A DNA stretch of 64,000 nt from Eledone cirrhosa (taxonomy: Eukaryota): contig OZ024746.1 of the NCBI GenBank assembly GCA_964016885.1, positions 84,692,001 through 84,756,000 of the forward strand, in the 5' to 3' direction. The notes under the pieces were generated by a model. That model searched no databases, was not told the origin of the DNA, and saw nothing but the letters and a program-made list of their open reading frames with translations. The stretch's first letter is position 1. Each line of letters begins with the position of its first letter. Position numbers and translations under genes: made by a program. This document shows positions 28,774 through 42,910 of this stretch, in pieces.

Positions 28774-30186
28774 TCTCACACACATACATATATATATATA
28801 TATATACACACATATGCATGTGTGTGTACATGTGTGTGTGTATCTGTGTAAGTGTATGTATTCATATATTTAGTTACGCACACATGCCAATACACATATA
28901 CACATACATTAAGCTTTGCTGCAGCATGTAGTTAATCATTATGTCTGTTTATGTATTTAACAGGGTTTTAGTTAAATCACAAAAGTAGCTTTACTCGTTT
29001 TTAACGTTTAAATTCAGTTTCAGTCTGCTTCTTTACTTGTTAAAATTAGGTTCCATCTTCAGCTGAGATGATCACAGCATCTGTTTCGTGTCACAATTTC
29101 ATCGCTCATTTTTTTATACTTTAGACAATGAATCTTTCACCCCAAGTTTATATTGAATGCTTAATAACTCATTCATCTATCATCACATATGTTTCAGCCA
29201 GCATGTCCCTATTTCTAATCTGATTCTAGTTTATACATCTTTTATTTTTATTCCCCCGTGTCACTCTAATAACAGGATATCTTAATGAAAAATGAAATAA
29301 AATATAGTAAAATCGAAAAAATAAATAAATTAATAAAATAAAATTCTTTATGTGTATAGAACTTTATTCTAAAACACTTCAAAAGATAGAAGTAGTTTGA
29401 AGACATAAGAAAACTTGTATAATAATCTCTATACATAATCGGAGAACAACTCAATTTTATATAAAGGAAAATATTGCTGTAAGCTAGCAGGTCATATGGG
29501 AGTAAGAAGGCGCACCTGTGAAGTGAAGACATGTAAGTATGTCACTGCAAAGTCAATTTAGCAGAACCAATACTAGCCCATGTTCTTACGGCTCCAACAA
29601 AGAATCGGAATAAAATCCCCAAACGGCTCAGCCAAGCAAAACATTATTTCGACACCCCAGAAGATTATCATCATCACATTATTTACAGTATTTGCACCGT
29701 TTATTTCTATTGTAAGTGTATAACTTTTAGTAGAAATCTAAGTATAAATTGACTGGTATATTCAAACGACAAATCAAATCACCTGTTATTATATTAATGT
29801 TTACTGCTCCCTTTGCTCCCTTCGGTAGTCAATGGAACGAATCAATGTTCTTTGATACCTTGTGTATTGCATTATATTACGCCTTCACACAACTACAATT
29901 CCGCTTTTCTGATTCCTAAGCAATTGCAGACCCTATAAATGCTTTCTCCCTTTCCCTCTTCCTATAGATATTTATTTATAAGTTTACTTATTCAATATAG
30001 CGAAGACAAAATGTTTCTATTTAATTACAGCTAAACTAAAATTCTAACACGTATTATGCTAAGACATTTTAGCTAACATCTCTCAAAGATAATATAAATA
30101 TGATTCGCTCCATCGTACGCCCAGTTAAATACAAACCGGTAGCCTAAAGTCTCTGGTATTACCTCTTCCTCGCTTCCTTTGCACAT

Positions 30187-30258
<72 letters not shown>

Positions 30259-30614
30259 GTATATGTATCTATATATATATGAATACAACTGGAGGATTGC
30301 AACTTCGCCAGACTATAATACTGCTTCTAAGTGACAAAACTTTGGAAGTGGTGGCATTTCATTTTCATCAAAGCCCGTGATATTTTAATCCTCACAACGG
30401 AATACTAACCACATATACGTTGTACCAAAAGGTCCTTGGATGCAGATGGGCTAAAAAATGAAAATAATATGGGCACAAAAAATGCCTATATATAATATCT
30501 ATAACGACTTATTGTAAAGATTTGAATTATTGAAGAATATCAACTACCAGCAGGTTATTCTTCCCCTTTTTTCAAAATTGTCTTACTGCACCAAGGAATT
30601 CCCTCCATTTTCTA

Positions 30615-30683
<69 letters not shown>

Positions 30684-30766
30684 AAGGTTAAACAAGGTTC
30701 AATGAATAAATCAAAGAATCTGAATCTTAACCATCTACTATGTCAGGGGTATCTCATGCATCATCT

Positions 30767-30833
30767 TATTTTATCTGATGAGGACGTACTGTTGAAGATA
30801 GCTCAGTACCTCTGAAATATGTATAATAAAATA
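30767..30833 (+). ncRNA. Type I hammerhead ribozyme motif
   Basis: tattttat-CTGATGA-ggac gtactg...cagtac ctct-GAAA-t atgt a-TA-ataaaata: perfect 8-bp stem I, long stem II, minimal stem III, AUA triplet, predicted cut after 30825. Confidence 0.75.
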
Positions 30834-30892
30834 TACTTGATCACACGAATGTCTATTTTTGTTAATATTTTGAATTAATATATATATATATA

Positions 30893-31156
30893 TGGTAAAG
30901 CCCCATTCGGCCACGAATGGCCATGGGATATTCATCTGGAAGTTCCCCTTCGAAGTACAAGCCAGAGCAAAGTCTTTTTTGTTGGAGGACCAGCAGTCAA
31001 CCATGCACATCAATCTCCCCTCTCCACGCAACCAATACATTTTGGAACCAGTGACGTCGTTACACATTTTTACAGCCGAGTAAACTGGAGCAATATGAAA
31101 TAGAGTGCCTTGCCCAAGTACGCAACGCACCACCCGGTCCGGCAATCGAAATCACA

Positions 31157-31160
<4 letters not shown>
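30893..31160 (-). mobile_element. CORE-type SINE (second family)
   Basis: Minus strand: B-box-like GTGATTTCGATTGCC, then GTTGCGTACTTGGGCAAGGCACTCTATTTCA (CORE-like domain); embedded in (TA)n. Confidence 0.65.
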
Positions 31161-31202
<42 letters not shown>

Positions 31203-31392
31203 CGTGTGTATGTGTTTTCGTAGAAAAGGTAGGTAAAGGAAAGAAGAGTGCTCTATGTATTGTACAGAGCTATTTAATTACATAATAAACAACACAATAT
31301 AATTATTTTATAACAGAAGGTTTCAAGAAACTAGATCATTCTTCCAAGAAACATTGTTTATTATGTAATATATATATATATATGTGTGTGCT

Positions 31393-31441
<49 letters not shown>

Positions 31442-31940
31442 TTTTTTATTGTGGCATTGTGTCCACCAACTCTGAGTTGGGTGTAGTCAACTAGTCAATT
31501 AGCATTTGACTGATATTTTGTGTTATCATTTCCCAGAAGAAAATAAAATGTTAACGTCGACTTCTGCGGATTTTAATCTCAGATCCTAAAAAGAACGAAA
31601 CTATGCACCGTTAAGTATTTGGTTTCAGTGTTCTGCCTATTTTGTCAATCCACTGCCCCCAGAATTGAGCAAATAATTGAATTCCTGCATGGGCAAAAGG
31701 CCAGACATTTGCGCTGGTGCTGGAAATTGAAAGAAAATGAATGTAACACATTATAATATCGACCTCATTAAATGTCAGGTGCTTTATATTTCCACCTATT
31801 TCCCATGAAGGATGAAATATATGGTCAACCTTGGTGGGATTTAAACTCAGACTGTAAAAAGGACGTCACTAAACACCACAAGTAAAGGTCCGTTCCGTTC
31901 CAATCTGGGGATCTAAAAATACAGTCAATTCACCACCATG

Positions 31941-31971
<31 letters not shown>

Positions 31972-32628
31972 GGAAAATACGAATACATAATGAACAAGAG
32001 AGAGTAAAAGAGTAAAAAGATGGAAGAGAGAGAGAAAAATAAATAGAAAAGGAAAGAGGGTATGAAGAGAAAGGAGAGAATAACAGCTAGAGGGAGTGAG
32101 AGATAGATAGAGAGATGAATAGAGAGGGAGAGAGATAGTGAAGGAGAGAGATAGTGAGGGAGAGAACAAACGAATGAATGTGTAAATATACAAGTATATA
32201 ATTTAGGGTTTCTCAGTTCCATGCATTCAATTTCAGAAACGATTTGAGTTACATATATATGTACACACACACGTACACACACACGTACACACACACGTAC
32301 ACACACATACCTACCTACCTACATACATACACACATAAATATGTGTGTTTAAAACCTAAATGGTTGTTTATAAGATCCTGCACACACACATACACACACA
32401 CATACACACATACATATATGCATACATATATATGTATGTATATATGTATGCATTTTTCTATGTGCATGTGTATATGAAAATAATAGTCTGTGTATATTCG
32501 TAATTTTGTTTTATAAAATTGTTCTCAACACGTTTAATGGCACTTATGTGCACATGAGCTTGTTAGTGGCCATACATACATATATACAATACATACATAC
32601 ATACAAATATACATACATACATATACAT

Positions 32629-32675
<47 letters not shown>

Positions 32676-32724
32676 ATATATATATATATAAATATATAAT
32701 ATATATATATATAAATATTTATAA

Positions 32725-32757
<33 letters not shown>

Positions 32758-32890
32758 CATGCATACATACATCTGCATACATATATGTGTATGAGTATGC
32801 ATATATCTATGTATATGTATATTAATTGGCAGCTTTGTATAGACATTTAAACATACAAATATTATATATATATATATATATATCTATATA

Positions 32891-32980
<90 letters not shown>

Positions 32981-33163
32981 TATATATATGTGTGTATGTA
33001 CATATATACATACACGCGCACACGCACACACGGACTCATTCACACAAACACATATAATACAATATCACACTAACTACTGTTTAGAATGTTTTTAAATATT
33101 TTACTTAGTTTTATCAAAACTACTCTTTGGCCCATCAACATGAAGAAATTCTTCTATATGAAG

Positions 33164-33169
33164 TTTATT
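33164..33169 (-). promoter_or_regulatory. Candidate polyadenylation signal of Vsx
   Basis: AATAAA on the minus strand about 290 nt after the stop codon. AT-rich context makes a chance match plausible. Confidence 0.3.
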
Positions 33170-33456
33170 CAAAGAATGTCTTTAATTAATTATTTTTCAT
33201 TGAAAAATGTCTTTTGACTGTTTTAGCGGTCCTTTGTTAATCTCCGATATGACGTAATATATGTTCGATTAGTTGGTTCCTTCCCGTCATTTATTACGAG
33301 AATTATCCTTTTACTTTAGGTAATTGGTGCTCGCTCTACAGGCAATTGCTCTACTACGATTTCGTAATAGATTTTTTTTTTTAGTTCCTAATGTGAGAAC
33401 AATTGCTCTGGTCAGCGCGTAGTATCGTAATTTGACAAAGGCCGCCATATTAATGG

Positions 33457-34073
33457 TCATTTAGACACGGGTTCGTCGCTCTCTAGATCTATATAACTGT
33501 GCTGTGCTTGGTCTTGCTGTTGTTGATGTTTTTGATGTGGTTGATGCCGTTGTTGCTGCTGTTCTTGTTGTTGTGGCGGCTGTTGTGGTTGTTGTGGCTG
33601 TTGTGGTTGTGGTTGTTGTTGCTGCTGTTGCTGGTTGAGGCGAGATTCAGCAGGGGTGATATGGTCGGTCTTACTCGGTGTCTCAAATCGACTCTCGTAG
33701 ACCACCTCAACTATTTTCGACGATGTAACCGATGCAACGGCAGGCGTTGATCTCGTTCCCGAAAGACAACCCCCCGTCGAAGCGGACACTACTGATACAG
33801 TGTTTCCCGAGCCCGAGGCTCGTCTCTCTGTGAAACAGTCATTTGCACTCTGCCCAATATTGATAGCAAGATCTTTGTCTTGAATATCACGCTTTAAGCG
33901 AGCGCTGTGCTCTTGCGCCTTTGCGCGCAACACCGCGATACTCTCCGATCGCAATTCTTCTTTATCACGCGTCGGCTGGGAACTGCCGTTACTGCTCTCA
34001 TTTTTATTATCATCACTTATATCGTCAACATCTTTTAATTTCTCTGCAGCTTCTAAAGATTTTTTGTGCATAC
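33457..34073 (-). CDS. Vsx: Vsx/Chx10 terminal coding exon (end of CVC, OAR motif, Q/P-rich tail)
   Basis: tttcag|GT ATG CAC AAA AAA TCT... phase 1 matches the previous exon. Translates (S)MHKKSLEAAEKLK...ELRSESIAVLRAKAQEHSARL...QQQQQQQPQPQQ...DEPVSK, TGA at 33457-33459. Lies within ORF 33457..34128. Confidence 0.95.
33904..33951 (-). other. OAR (paired-tail) motif coding segment
   Basis: RSESIAVLRAKAQEHS matches the OAR consensus (R..SIA.LR.KA.EH) carried by Vsx2/Chx10-type proteins. Confidence 0.9.
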
Positions 34074-35286
34074 CTGAAAAATAGAAATGAAAACTAAACA
34101 TTTCAAATGGTTTATCTATTAAGAACAATCAATATACAACGAAAATTAAAAAAGCTATTAAAATAAAAAAACAGGACAAGAAAGAAAATATGGTTTTAGC
34201 TGTAGTCAAAACACTCCAGAATTAATAAAGGAAAGTTTGTCAACACTGGAACATTTCGATGACAGCTAAAAACACAGTGAAATGGTTTTGATGACACTAT
34301 GGTTAGCTGTAGTCACATGACTAAAGCCAGTAAAAAAATAAAAGTATATATAAATATATATGGGTACACACATACACACACACACATGCACTCACATGCG
34401 GTTTTAAAACTTATTAGGAATTTATTCATATTTCTAGAGGAACTCGGTGGTTCTGTGTGATGTCATGAGCAGCCTCTATCTATAGTCGATACAATAAACT
34501 GAACACGCCCCAAATAATGACAGCACTATACAAATGACGAGTGTGTTGTTTTTCTTTATAACACACTTTGTAGGTTTTTTTCTGATAATAGATACACTAT
34601 GATAAATGCACTACATCCCTATCACAAAGCGAGGCGAATATCTTTTTTACGTCATTTACACTGCTTTGTTGTTGTTGTTATTGTGGGTGTACTGTATAAA
34701 AAGCTATATAGTGCAGTGAGAACAGACAAGGGACTACAATACTTGAAGCTGTGATCGCCCAGAAAATGTTTATTTATTTAAAATTACATATGTAACGAAG
34801 AGAGAAATCATTAGTTTTAATGTTGGGAATAACGCAAAGAGACACATCAGGAATCCAAATCGAATTATAACATGCAGTGTGGGAGTGAATCTGATGTTAG
34901 ATAAGTGCAGTGGTAATCCTGAGAATGTTTCGTTATCGAATTAGTTCAGTCGTTAAAGAGTCGGCTAGAATGTTTTGCTATTTTCGTTCCTGCTCAATTC
35001 AAATACCATCGAGGTCGACTTTGATTTCTATTTTTGTGGGATCGATAAACCAGACCTTCCACCTGTGACCATCTTTTTTTTTCTTTTTAAAGCAGAATGT
35101 ATCTTGGACTACATAATCAAATGTTTCCTTCCCATTTTAAGGCTGTAATATGCGATGAGAGGTAGTTATGCTTTACCAGCGACCGCGTACAGGATCATTT
35201 TTGTCTTGTAATTTTTCTCTGTCTAATCACCGGATGTGACGTTGAATAATTTAAATTCTATTTATAATATTAGATATGTCAAGGAC

Positions 35287-35487
35287 GGAATTATTAGGTC
35301 GTCTGACAAAATACTTTGCAGCATTTAGTTACGGCTCCTTAGGTTCTGAGTTCAAATGTCATCGAGGCCAACTTTGCTATTCATCATTTCGGGATCGATA
35401 AAATAAAGTACCGGTCAAGTAATGGGATCGATTTAATTGACCTATCTTCCCCCCAAATTCCAGGTCTTCTACCTAAATCGGAAACTA
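35287..35487 (+). mobile_element. Diverged major-family SINE in the last Vsx intron
   Basis: ctgagttcaaat...ttcatcatttcgggatcgataaaataaagtacc core. Confidence 0.7.
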
Positions 35488-35879
35488 TTTTTAAGCATAT
35501 GAAACAGATATGAAGGAAAATTCGTATATGAAGGACATACTTGGTAATGATGCATTGTCCTGTTTTGTTGTTGCTGTTTTCAAAGAATTCGTTCGGGGGG
35601 TCATCTTGGTCATCTGTTAATTGTTGTGGGTGTCACAGTACAATAATGGTGATAGCGATAGTTGCTGTTTTTATTATTGATGTTGTTGCCGTCGTCGTTG
35701 TTGTGGTTGTTCTTCTATACTCAGATCTCTTCCTCAGATCAAGCTGGCTTATGGCACGTAGATGATCTGTTGAACAAGTTGATGAGATCCGGGGATCTGG
35801 CTCTCCAAATGAACCACATGTTCGCCTAGTTCGGCAGACAGTAGTGGCATTGCTGCTGTTGTTTTTTTAAAGTCATTGT

Positions 35880-35880
35880 A

Positions 35881-35945
<65 letters not shown>

Positions 35946-35968
35946 GTAGTAGTAGTAGCAGCAGCAGC

Positions 35969-36003
<35 letters not shown>

Positions 36004-36034
36004 CAGTAGCAGTAGTAATAATAGCAGCAGCAAC

Positions 36035-36070
<36 letters not shown>

Positions 36071-36091
36071 CGTAGCAGCATTAGTAGTAGT

Positions 36092-36160
<69 letters not shown>
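35880..36160. repeat. (TAG)n/(CAG)n microsatellite
   Basis: Direct inspection. Confidence 0.95.
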
Positions 36161-36162
<2 letters not shown>

Positions 36163-37630
36163 GAAGAATATATGAGAGTTCAATAAAAGAGTTCATTAAG
36201 TTCATTTGGAGTAAAAAAAATCAAATGATTTGGTGTTTTGTCTTTCGTCAGAGAGTAAGTGAGTGTGAGTGTTAGTGTGAGAGTGAGTGAGTGAGTGAGA
36301 GAGATCTGCTGGAAATAGATGGCAAATTTCCCTCATATCACACATTACGGCCTTAAGAAAGACAGGAAACAATTGATAACATAACCCAAGGTACACTTTC
36401 CTCGAGTCCACATTGATGTCGGAACTGATCTGGCGCTAAACAACAACAATAACAACCACAACAGCAACAGCACCAAACTACAACAAACATCAACACCATG
36501 TCCTTCACCGGCATAATAGCAACTATAAGTACTGTCTGACAGTGCTGTGATTCCACCTTCTCCACTCTCACTACAGCCAGTGTTAGCAGCCCTTCTCTTT
36601 CAGCGGAAATGATATAATGACTACAAATGCCACCACCCTCACTCAAGCTATCGAAGAAACTTTTATATGGTTGATTGACCCGTTAGAAATGGCAGTTAAT
36701 TCTAGAACAAATAATGCACTACCTTCTTAGAAAAGCCGTTTTACATAATGTGGTACAATGTTCTTTGCAAATAGGGAAAATGGTGAATGTTCCCACCTGG
36801 AATTGTCTTTTATCAAAGGTCTATTTGATCAGGGCTAATCAGGAAATAAGTAAAAAAAAAAAAATAAATAAATAAAAGATTCTCTCCCACCACCAACAAC
36901 GAGGTAGTTTCTATGTGGTTAACTAGAGAAATCAGACAAATCTCTCTCTCAACAACACCTTAATGTCTTAAAAAGAGAAAGGACATATTAGATGAACACG
37001 GATAAAATATCTTCTATCTGCTTGATCAAACTGTTTGACCTTACGTTAAAAAATAACATACATTCAACCACCATCATAACAGCTAATAGCTATCATTACT
37101 TATATATATTTTTTTCCAACAAGAACCAGTATTATACCACCAACGCCACCACTATCACAACTGGAACAATTATCCTTTTCACAACTGCAGCTAATACTGT
37201 AACTCTCTTCCAGCCACAAATCTTCACAACATCACCACTGTCGTCATCACCACCACTATAACTCACACCATAATCAATACCAACAACACAATCCTTACCA
37301 CAATACCCCCCACCCTGCAACGGCTACTATAACGATTGCACCACAAAACCCCTCACAATCGTCACCAACATCACCACTACTATAGGGATATTGGTTATTA
37401 TTTCTAGCATTATTCGTTGCCGGTTTTTGTTGTTGTTGATGATGATGAGTTTCCTGAAAAAATAAAACACCCACACAAACTCACATAAACACGCACGAAA
37501 CACACACACAGATAAACAAACAAACACCCACACTCACTCACACTCGCAAACGAACACACACACATGCATACACAGATGCATCAGTGAAGTAGATAGTTTT
37601 CATATATTTATGATTGGTTTCATGACATCA

Positions 37631-37816
<186 letters not shown>

Positions 37817-37849
37817 CTAAAATAAAATAAAATGAAATAAAATAAAATT

Positions 37850-38172
37850 AATTTCTAATTTAAACAAAAGGCCAGCAAATTTGAGGGAAGAGCAAAGTTG
37901 ATTATATCAACCCGGGTACATAACTGGTACTTTGTTTTATCGAGCCAGGAAGGTTGAAAGACGAAGTTAACATCGGTGGAATTTAAACCCAGATGAAATA
38001 ACTGTTTCTACTTTAGGCACAAGGCCAGCAATTACCCAGTGCATTACTGGTACTTTATTTTATCGACCCCGTAAGGATGAAAGGCAAAGTCAACCTCGGC
38101 GGGATTTGAACTTAGATCGTAAAGGGACGTAACTATGCTGGAAAGCATGGCGTCCGACTCTCTACCGATACT
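37850..38172 (-). mobile_element. Two SINEs (young 37996-38172, old 37850-37990) just upstream of the CVC-exon acceptor
   Basis: Consensus matches; the old copy ends about 30 nt from the 3' splice site. Confidence 0.85.
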
Positions 38173-38391
38173 AACGCAGGGGAATTTTATCCGACGCTCT
38201 ACCAATTCTACCAAATTTTATATATTGTTTTGCTGAAGATCTCATAAACAAGATATAACTAATAAGACATTTTGAAGAGAATGACTTGAAAGAGACCTCG
38301 TCCTCATGGGAGCTTAATATTTGAAGGTAAAGGCAGGAACAGTCACGATTGTCACCTTGTTGGACTACATTATACATTAGATCCTCAATAC

Positions 38392-38453
<62 letters not shown>

Positions 38454-38549
38454 GTAAAAACATGTATGCATGTATATCTGCATTTATGAATATGTATATA
38501 TGTATATATGATACATCTATATAAGTATACAGCATATATATGTATATGA

Positions 38550-38610
<61 letters not shown>

Positions 38611-38613
<3 letters not shown>

Positions 38614-38769
38614 CAAAGAAAGTGTGATAAGAAACCATAAGGTTGACCATAACGCATCAGAGTACTCGAAACTTAGGGTAATAGAGTGGGTAATAGGAAA
38701 AGAGTCAGGACCCCGACGGCTGAGCTCCTGCTGTTTCGACAGCTAGTGTGTGTATATATATATAAATAT

Positions 38770-38847
<78 letters not shown>

Positions 38848-38898
38848 AGAATTAGCCGTCGAAACGGCTTGAGCTCAGCTGTCGGGGTCTTACTGGTT

Positions 38899-38901
<3 letters not shown>
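38611..38901. mobile_element. Two inverted fragments of the same pLTR-like family separated by (TA)n
   Basis: 38611-38745 is a minus-strand copy and 38849-38901 a plus-strand copy. Both keep GAAA-stem III-GUC but lack the CUGANGA half. Confidence 0.6.
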
Positions 38902-38936
<35 letters not shown>

Positions 38937-39571
38937 TGTGTGTGTGTATGGAATGCTCAGCTACATGTGCATTAATTTCCAGAGCAGGGTGTTCTGTTGA
39001 TAGAACTAACGGAACACTCGTCGTCGGAAACGACGGAGGTCCATCAACAACATTAACCAGAGTCAATTATTATATCAATAGTAAAAGAACTGATGTTTTT
39101 CTACTAAATTTAGAGATTCACGTTGCCGCTTATTAAAAACACCATTATATGGTTAGCTGTGTTTTTTTTTGTTTCAATGTATTAATAGATAGCTGTGTTC
39201 ATTCGCTGCAATGCTTTTATTTCAAGTTAGTCATGTTTAAAAACATGACGAAAACCCGTTTTTATGACATTTTCCGGGAAGTTGGAAGATTTTAAGGAGC
39301 TTGTTTTCCTCCCCATTGTACTATTGGAACAGTACAATAATATAGAAATGTAGTTCTAAAGTACATGTGAACATTTCGCTGTGTTTTTTTTAGTTAATTT
39401 AAATACATGTAAGATGTAGGTTTGGCTTGGCACAATCTGACCTTACACGAAAACACACACATACACATACATAACATGGGCACATACATAACATGGGCAC
39501 ATACATAACATGGACACATACATACACACACTCATACATGGACAGATGCACACACACACACACACACACAC

Positions 39572-39606
<35 letters not shown>

Positions 39607-39652
39607 TTGTGTGTATAATATGCATGCGCATACATGTGTATATGCATATAAC

Positions 39653-39725
<73 letters not shown>

Positions 39726-39734
39726 AATATATAT

Positions 39735-39915
39735 ATAATTGTTTATACTTTAGGCACAAGGCCAGCAATTACCCAGTGCATTACTGGTACTTTATTTTAT
39801 CGACACCGTAAGGATGAAAGGCAAAGTCAACCTCGGCGGGATTTGAACTCAGATCGTAAAGGGACGTAATTATGCTGGAACGCATGACGTCCGACCCTCT
39901 ACCGATACTGCCAAT
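39735..39915 (-). mobile_element. Major-family SINE
   Basis: Near-consensus copy inserted in (TA)n. Confidence 0.9.
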
Positions 39916-40643
39916 ATATATATATATATATTGGCAGTATATATATATATATACCTCTCATTTATATTTATACTCGGATTCTTTTCCTAGAGTGCTTAAA
40001 CTATCTGTGACTAATCCCGGTTTTTTTCATAAAGACTTTGATAATTATTGCTATTTTGCTGAACTCCTTTTGTAGAGTTTTTTTTCAGAATGTATTTGAC
40101 TGCTATTTCTTGTAAATAAACATTCACTTCCATCCTGACGTCACTAGCCCCGTTTTTTCCTCATGTGCTTTTTCATAATTACACATGAAGGCGAACTAGC
40201 CAGTTTTAGAATTCCCTTTTTCGGATTATATTACTGTGAGAGCCCTGGTTTTCTGTTGAGCTCTGCTGATGAATGAAATCCAACCGTGACCATCTCCACT
40301 GAAAGTTTTCATGAAATAGTCTTTTAAGACTATACAGAGCATTTGATGTTATTCCAAATTGAAGGATAAGTGTTTCAAACTTTATTTTATCATGAGTTAA
40401 AGGTCTATAGATTTTTCCCCGGATTTCACTAAATTCTGTGGATGAATTTATATCCTGATTCTCTTTTGAGATGAGTTTGAGTTATTTTTCCTAAATCTTT
40501 CGTTAACTACTTTTCCCATCTTGACGTTATAGTCGCATATATGTTATAGAATGCCGTTAGCTTCTTGCTAAAACAATCTCTATACCTCTCATTTATATAT
40601 ATATATATATATAAGATCAAAAGATGGTTAAAGGAGTTCCATG

Positions 40644-40714
40644 TATTTTATTATGCGCATTTCAAAAACAAACATCATCATGCAATAATATTTGTGTTTT
40701 CATCAGATAAAACA
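40644..40714 (-). ncRNA. Type I hammerhead ribozyme motif (left arm of palindrome B; sense to Vsx pre-mRNA)
   Basis: Reverse-complement copy of 40790-40860. The few differences fall in loop II or give G.U pairs. Confidence 0.82.
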
Positions 40715-40789
40715 GGAGGACATGATATGAAGGCTAAAAAACACTTGTGGATAGTTCAGTTTTAAATCAACATGTGCAGTTTTAAATCC

Positions 40790-40860
40790 TGTTTTATCTG
40801 ATGAAAACACAAATATTATTACATGTTGATATTTGTTTTTGAAATGCGCATAATAAAATA
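40790..40860 (+). ncRNA. Type I hammerhead ribozyme motif (right arm of palindrome B)
   Basis: tgttttat-CTGATGA-aaacacaaatatt...gatatttgttttt-GAAA-t gcgc a-TA-ataaaata: stem I about 8 bp, long stem II, 1-bp stem III with palindromic GCGC loop, predicted cut after 40852. Confidence 0.82.
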
Positions 40861-41627
40861 CATGGAACTCTTTTAACCATCTTTTGTTCTTATATATTAT
40901 GTATACTCCAGTCCTACAAACTGTAGAGTGCTTCTTATCCGATATCTGCATTGCTTTATTGTACTACAATAAAACTCACCTCCTACATATATATATATAT
41001 ATATATATTCACACACACATTCACTTTGAGTTATTTACTGTAATGTTGATTCGTATGTACATCTTTGCATTTGCTACGTCCATTATATTACACACTTGCA
41101 GAAGTAACCATAGCAATTGCTTCATCACCAAAGTGGCGAAATTTTAAGCCATTATCATCAAATGTACGCTTAATAATATTGTCATTATTTCGGTCAGCAG
41201 AGTTTAGTTTGGCAAGTATAGCACACACACAGGCATACACACACATACACACACATACACACACACGCGCGCGCGCACACACGCACACACACACATAAAC
41301 ATATATCTAAATATATATATATATATGTATGTATATATATGTATATATATATATACATATATACATATATACATATATACATATATATACATGCATCACA
41401 CATATATATATGTATATGTATATATGCATACACAAACATACATATATATATATATATGTATGTATATATATATGTGTATGTATATATATATGTGATGCAT
41501 GTATATATATGTATATATGTATATATATATATACATATATACATATATACATATATATACATGCATCACATATATATATGTGTATGTATATATATATGTG
41601 ATGCATGTATATATATGTATATATGTA

Positions 41628-41705
<78 letters not shown>

Positions 41706-41786
41706 CATGTATATATATATATATGTATGGGTGTGTGTAGATATATATATACATATATATATATATATGTGATACATGTATATATA

Positions 41787-41847
<61 letters not shown>

Positions 41848-41989
41848 TATATGTATATACATAAATACGAATATACACATATATACAGATACATACACAC
41901 ACATACACACTTGCACATTGAATGTAACAGAAACACACCAAACTGATTGAAGAGTAAATTAGACTCGCTTCGAAGATTTCTTCCAAAAA

Positions 41990-42051
<62 letters not shown>

Positions 42052-42172
42052 CAGATGTACATTGCATACATACACGTTCTAGCAAGTGCGTGGGCAGTCA
42101 CTTCTCCCCTCCTATCCTTTTCTTCTTCTTCGTTCAATATCTAACCCCCCCCCCCTCTCTCTCTCTCACTCT

Positions 42173-42219
<47 letters not shown>

Positions 42220-42377
42220 CTCCTCTATTTGACAGATGCCTCAATGTTTATGAGGTATGGACATGTAGAAACACAACGTCAGTTAATTTATATTAAATAA
42301 GCGTTTAGTTAAGAACTCCAGCACTAAGGCGGTCTGCTCATTATACATAAATAAGATATATAAAATACAATTATAAG

Positions 42378-42408
<31 letters not shown>

Positions 42409-42539
42409 CTTCTTCTTCTTCTTCTTCTTCTTCTTCTTCTTCTTCTTCTTCTTCTTCTTCTTCTTCTTCTTCTTCTTCTTCTTCTTCTTCTTCTTCTTCT
42501 TCTTCTTCTTCTTCGTCTTCGTCTTCTTCTTTATTATTA

Positions 42540-42910
42540 CCGGTGGATTGGCAGTATCGTTAGAGAGTGGCCATGCTTTCCAGCATAATTACGTCCCTTT
42601 ACGGTCTGAGTTCAAATCCCGCCGAGGTTAACTTTGCCTTTCATCCTTACGAGGTCGATAAAATAAAGTACCAGTAATGCACTGGGTAATTACGGGCCTT
42701 GTGCCAAAAGTAGAAACAATTATTATTATTAGTAATGGTAGAGGGTCGGACGCCATGCTTTGACGCATAGAGTTACGGCCCTTGCCATTCTGAGTTCAAA
42801 TCCCGCCGAGGTTAACTTTGCCTTTCATCCTTACGGGGTCGATAAAATAAAGTACTAGTAATGCACTGGGTAATTGCTGGCCTTGTGCCAAAAGTAGAAA
42901 CAATTATTAT
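42540..42910 (+). mobile_element. Two tandem major-family SINEs
   Basis: Copies at 42540-42728 and 42737-42910. Confidence 0.9.

Larger units (their letters stand above)
40608..40896. mobile_element. Fold-back element B: ~110-bp inverted arms, probable Penelope-like pLTR relic
   Basis: Arms ~40608-40717 and 40787-40896, 69-nt spacer, TA runs at both ends, hammerhead in each arm. Confidence 0.75.

Noticed and set aside
34074-34128. N-terminal 19 codons of ORF 33457..34128
   Set aside because: Intronic read-through upstream of the tttcag acceptor; not a real start.
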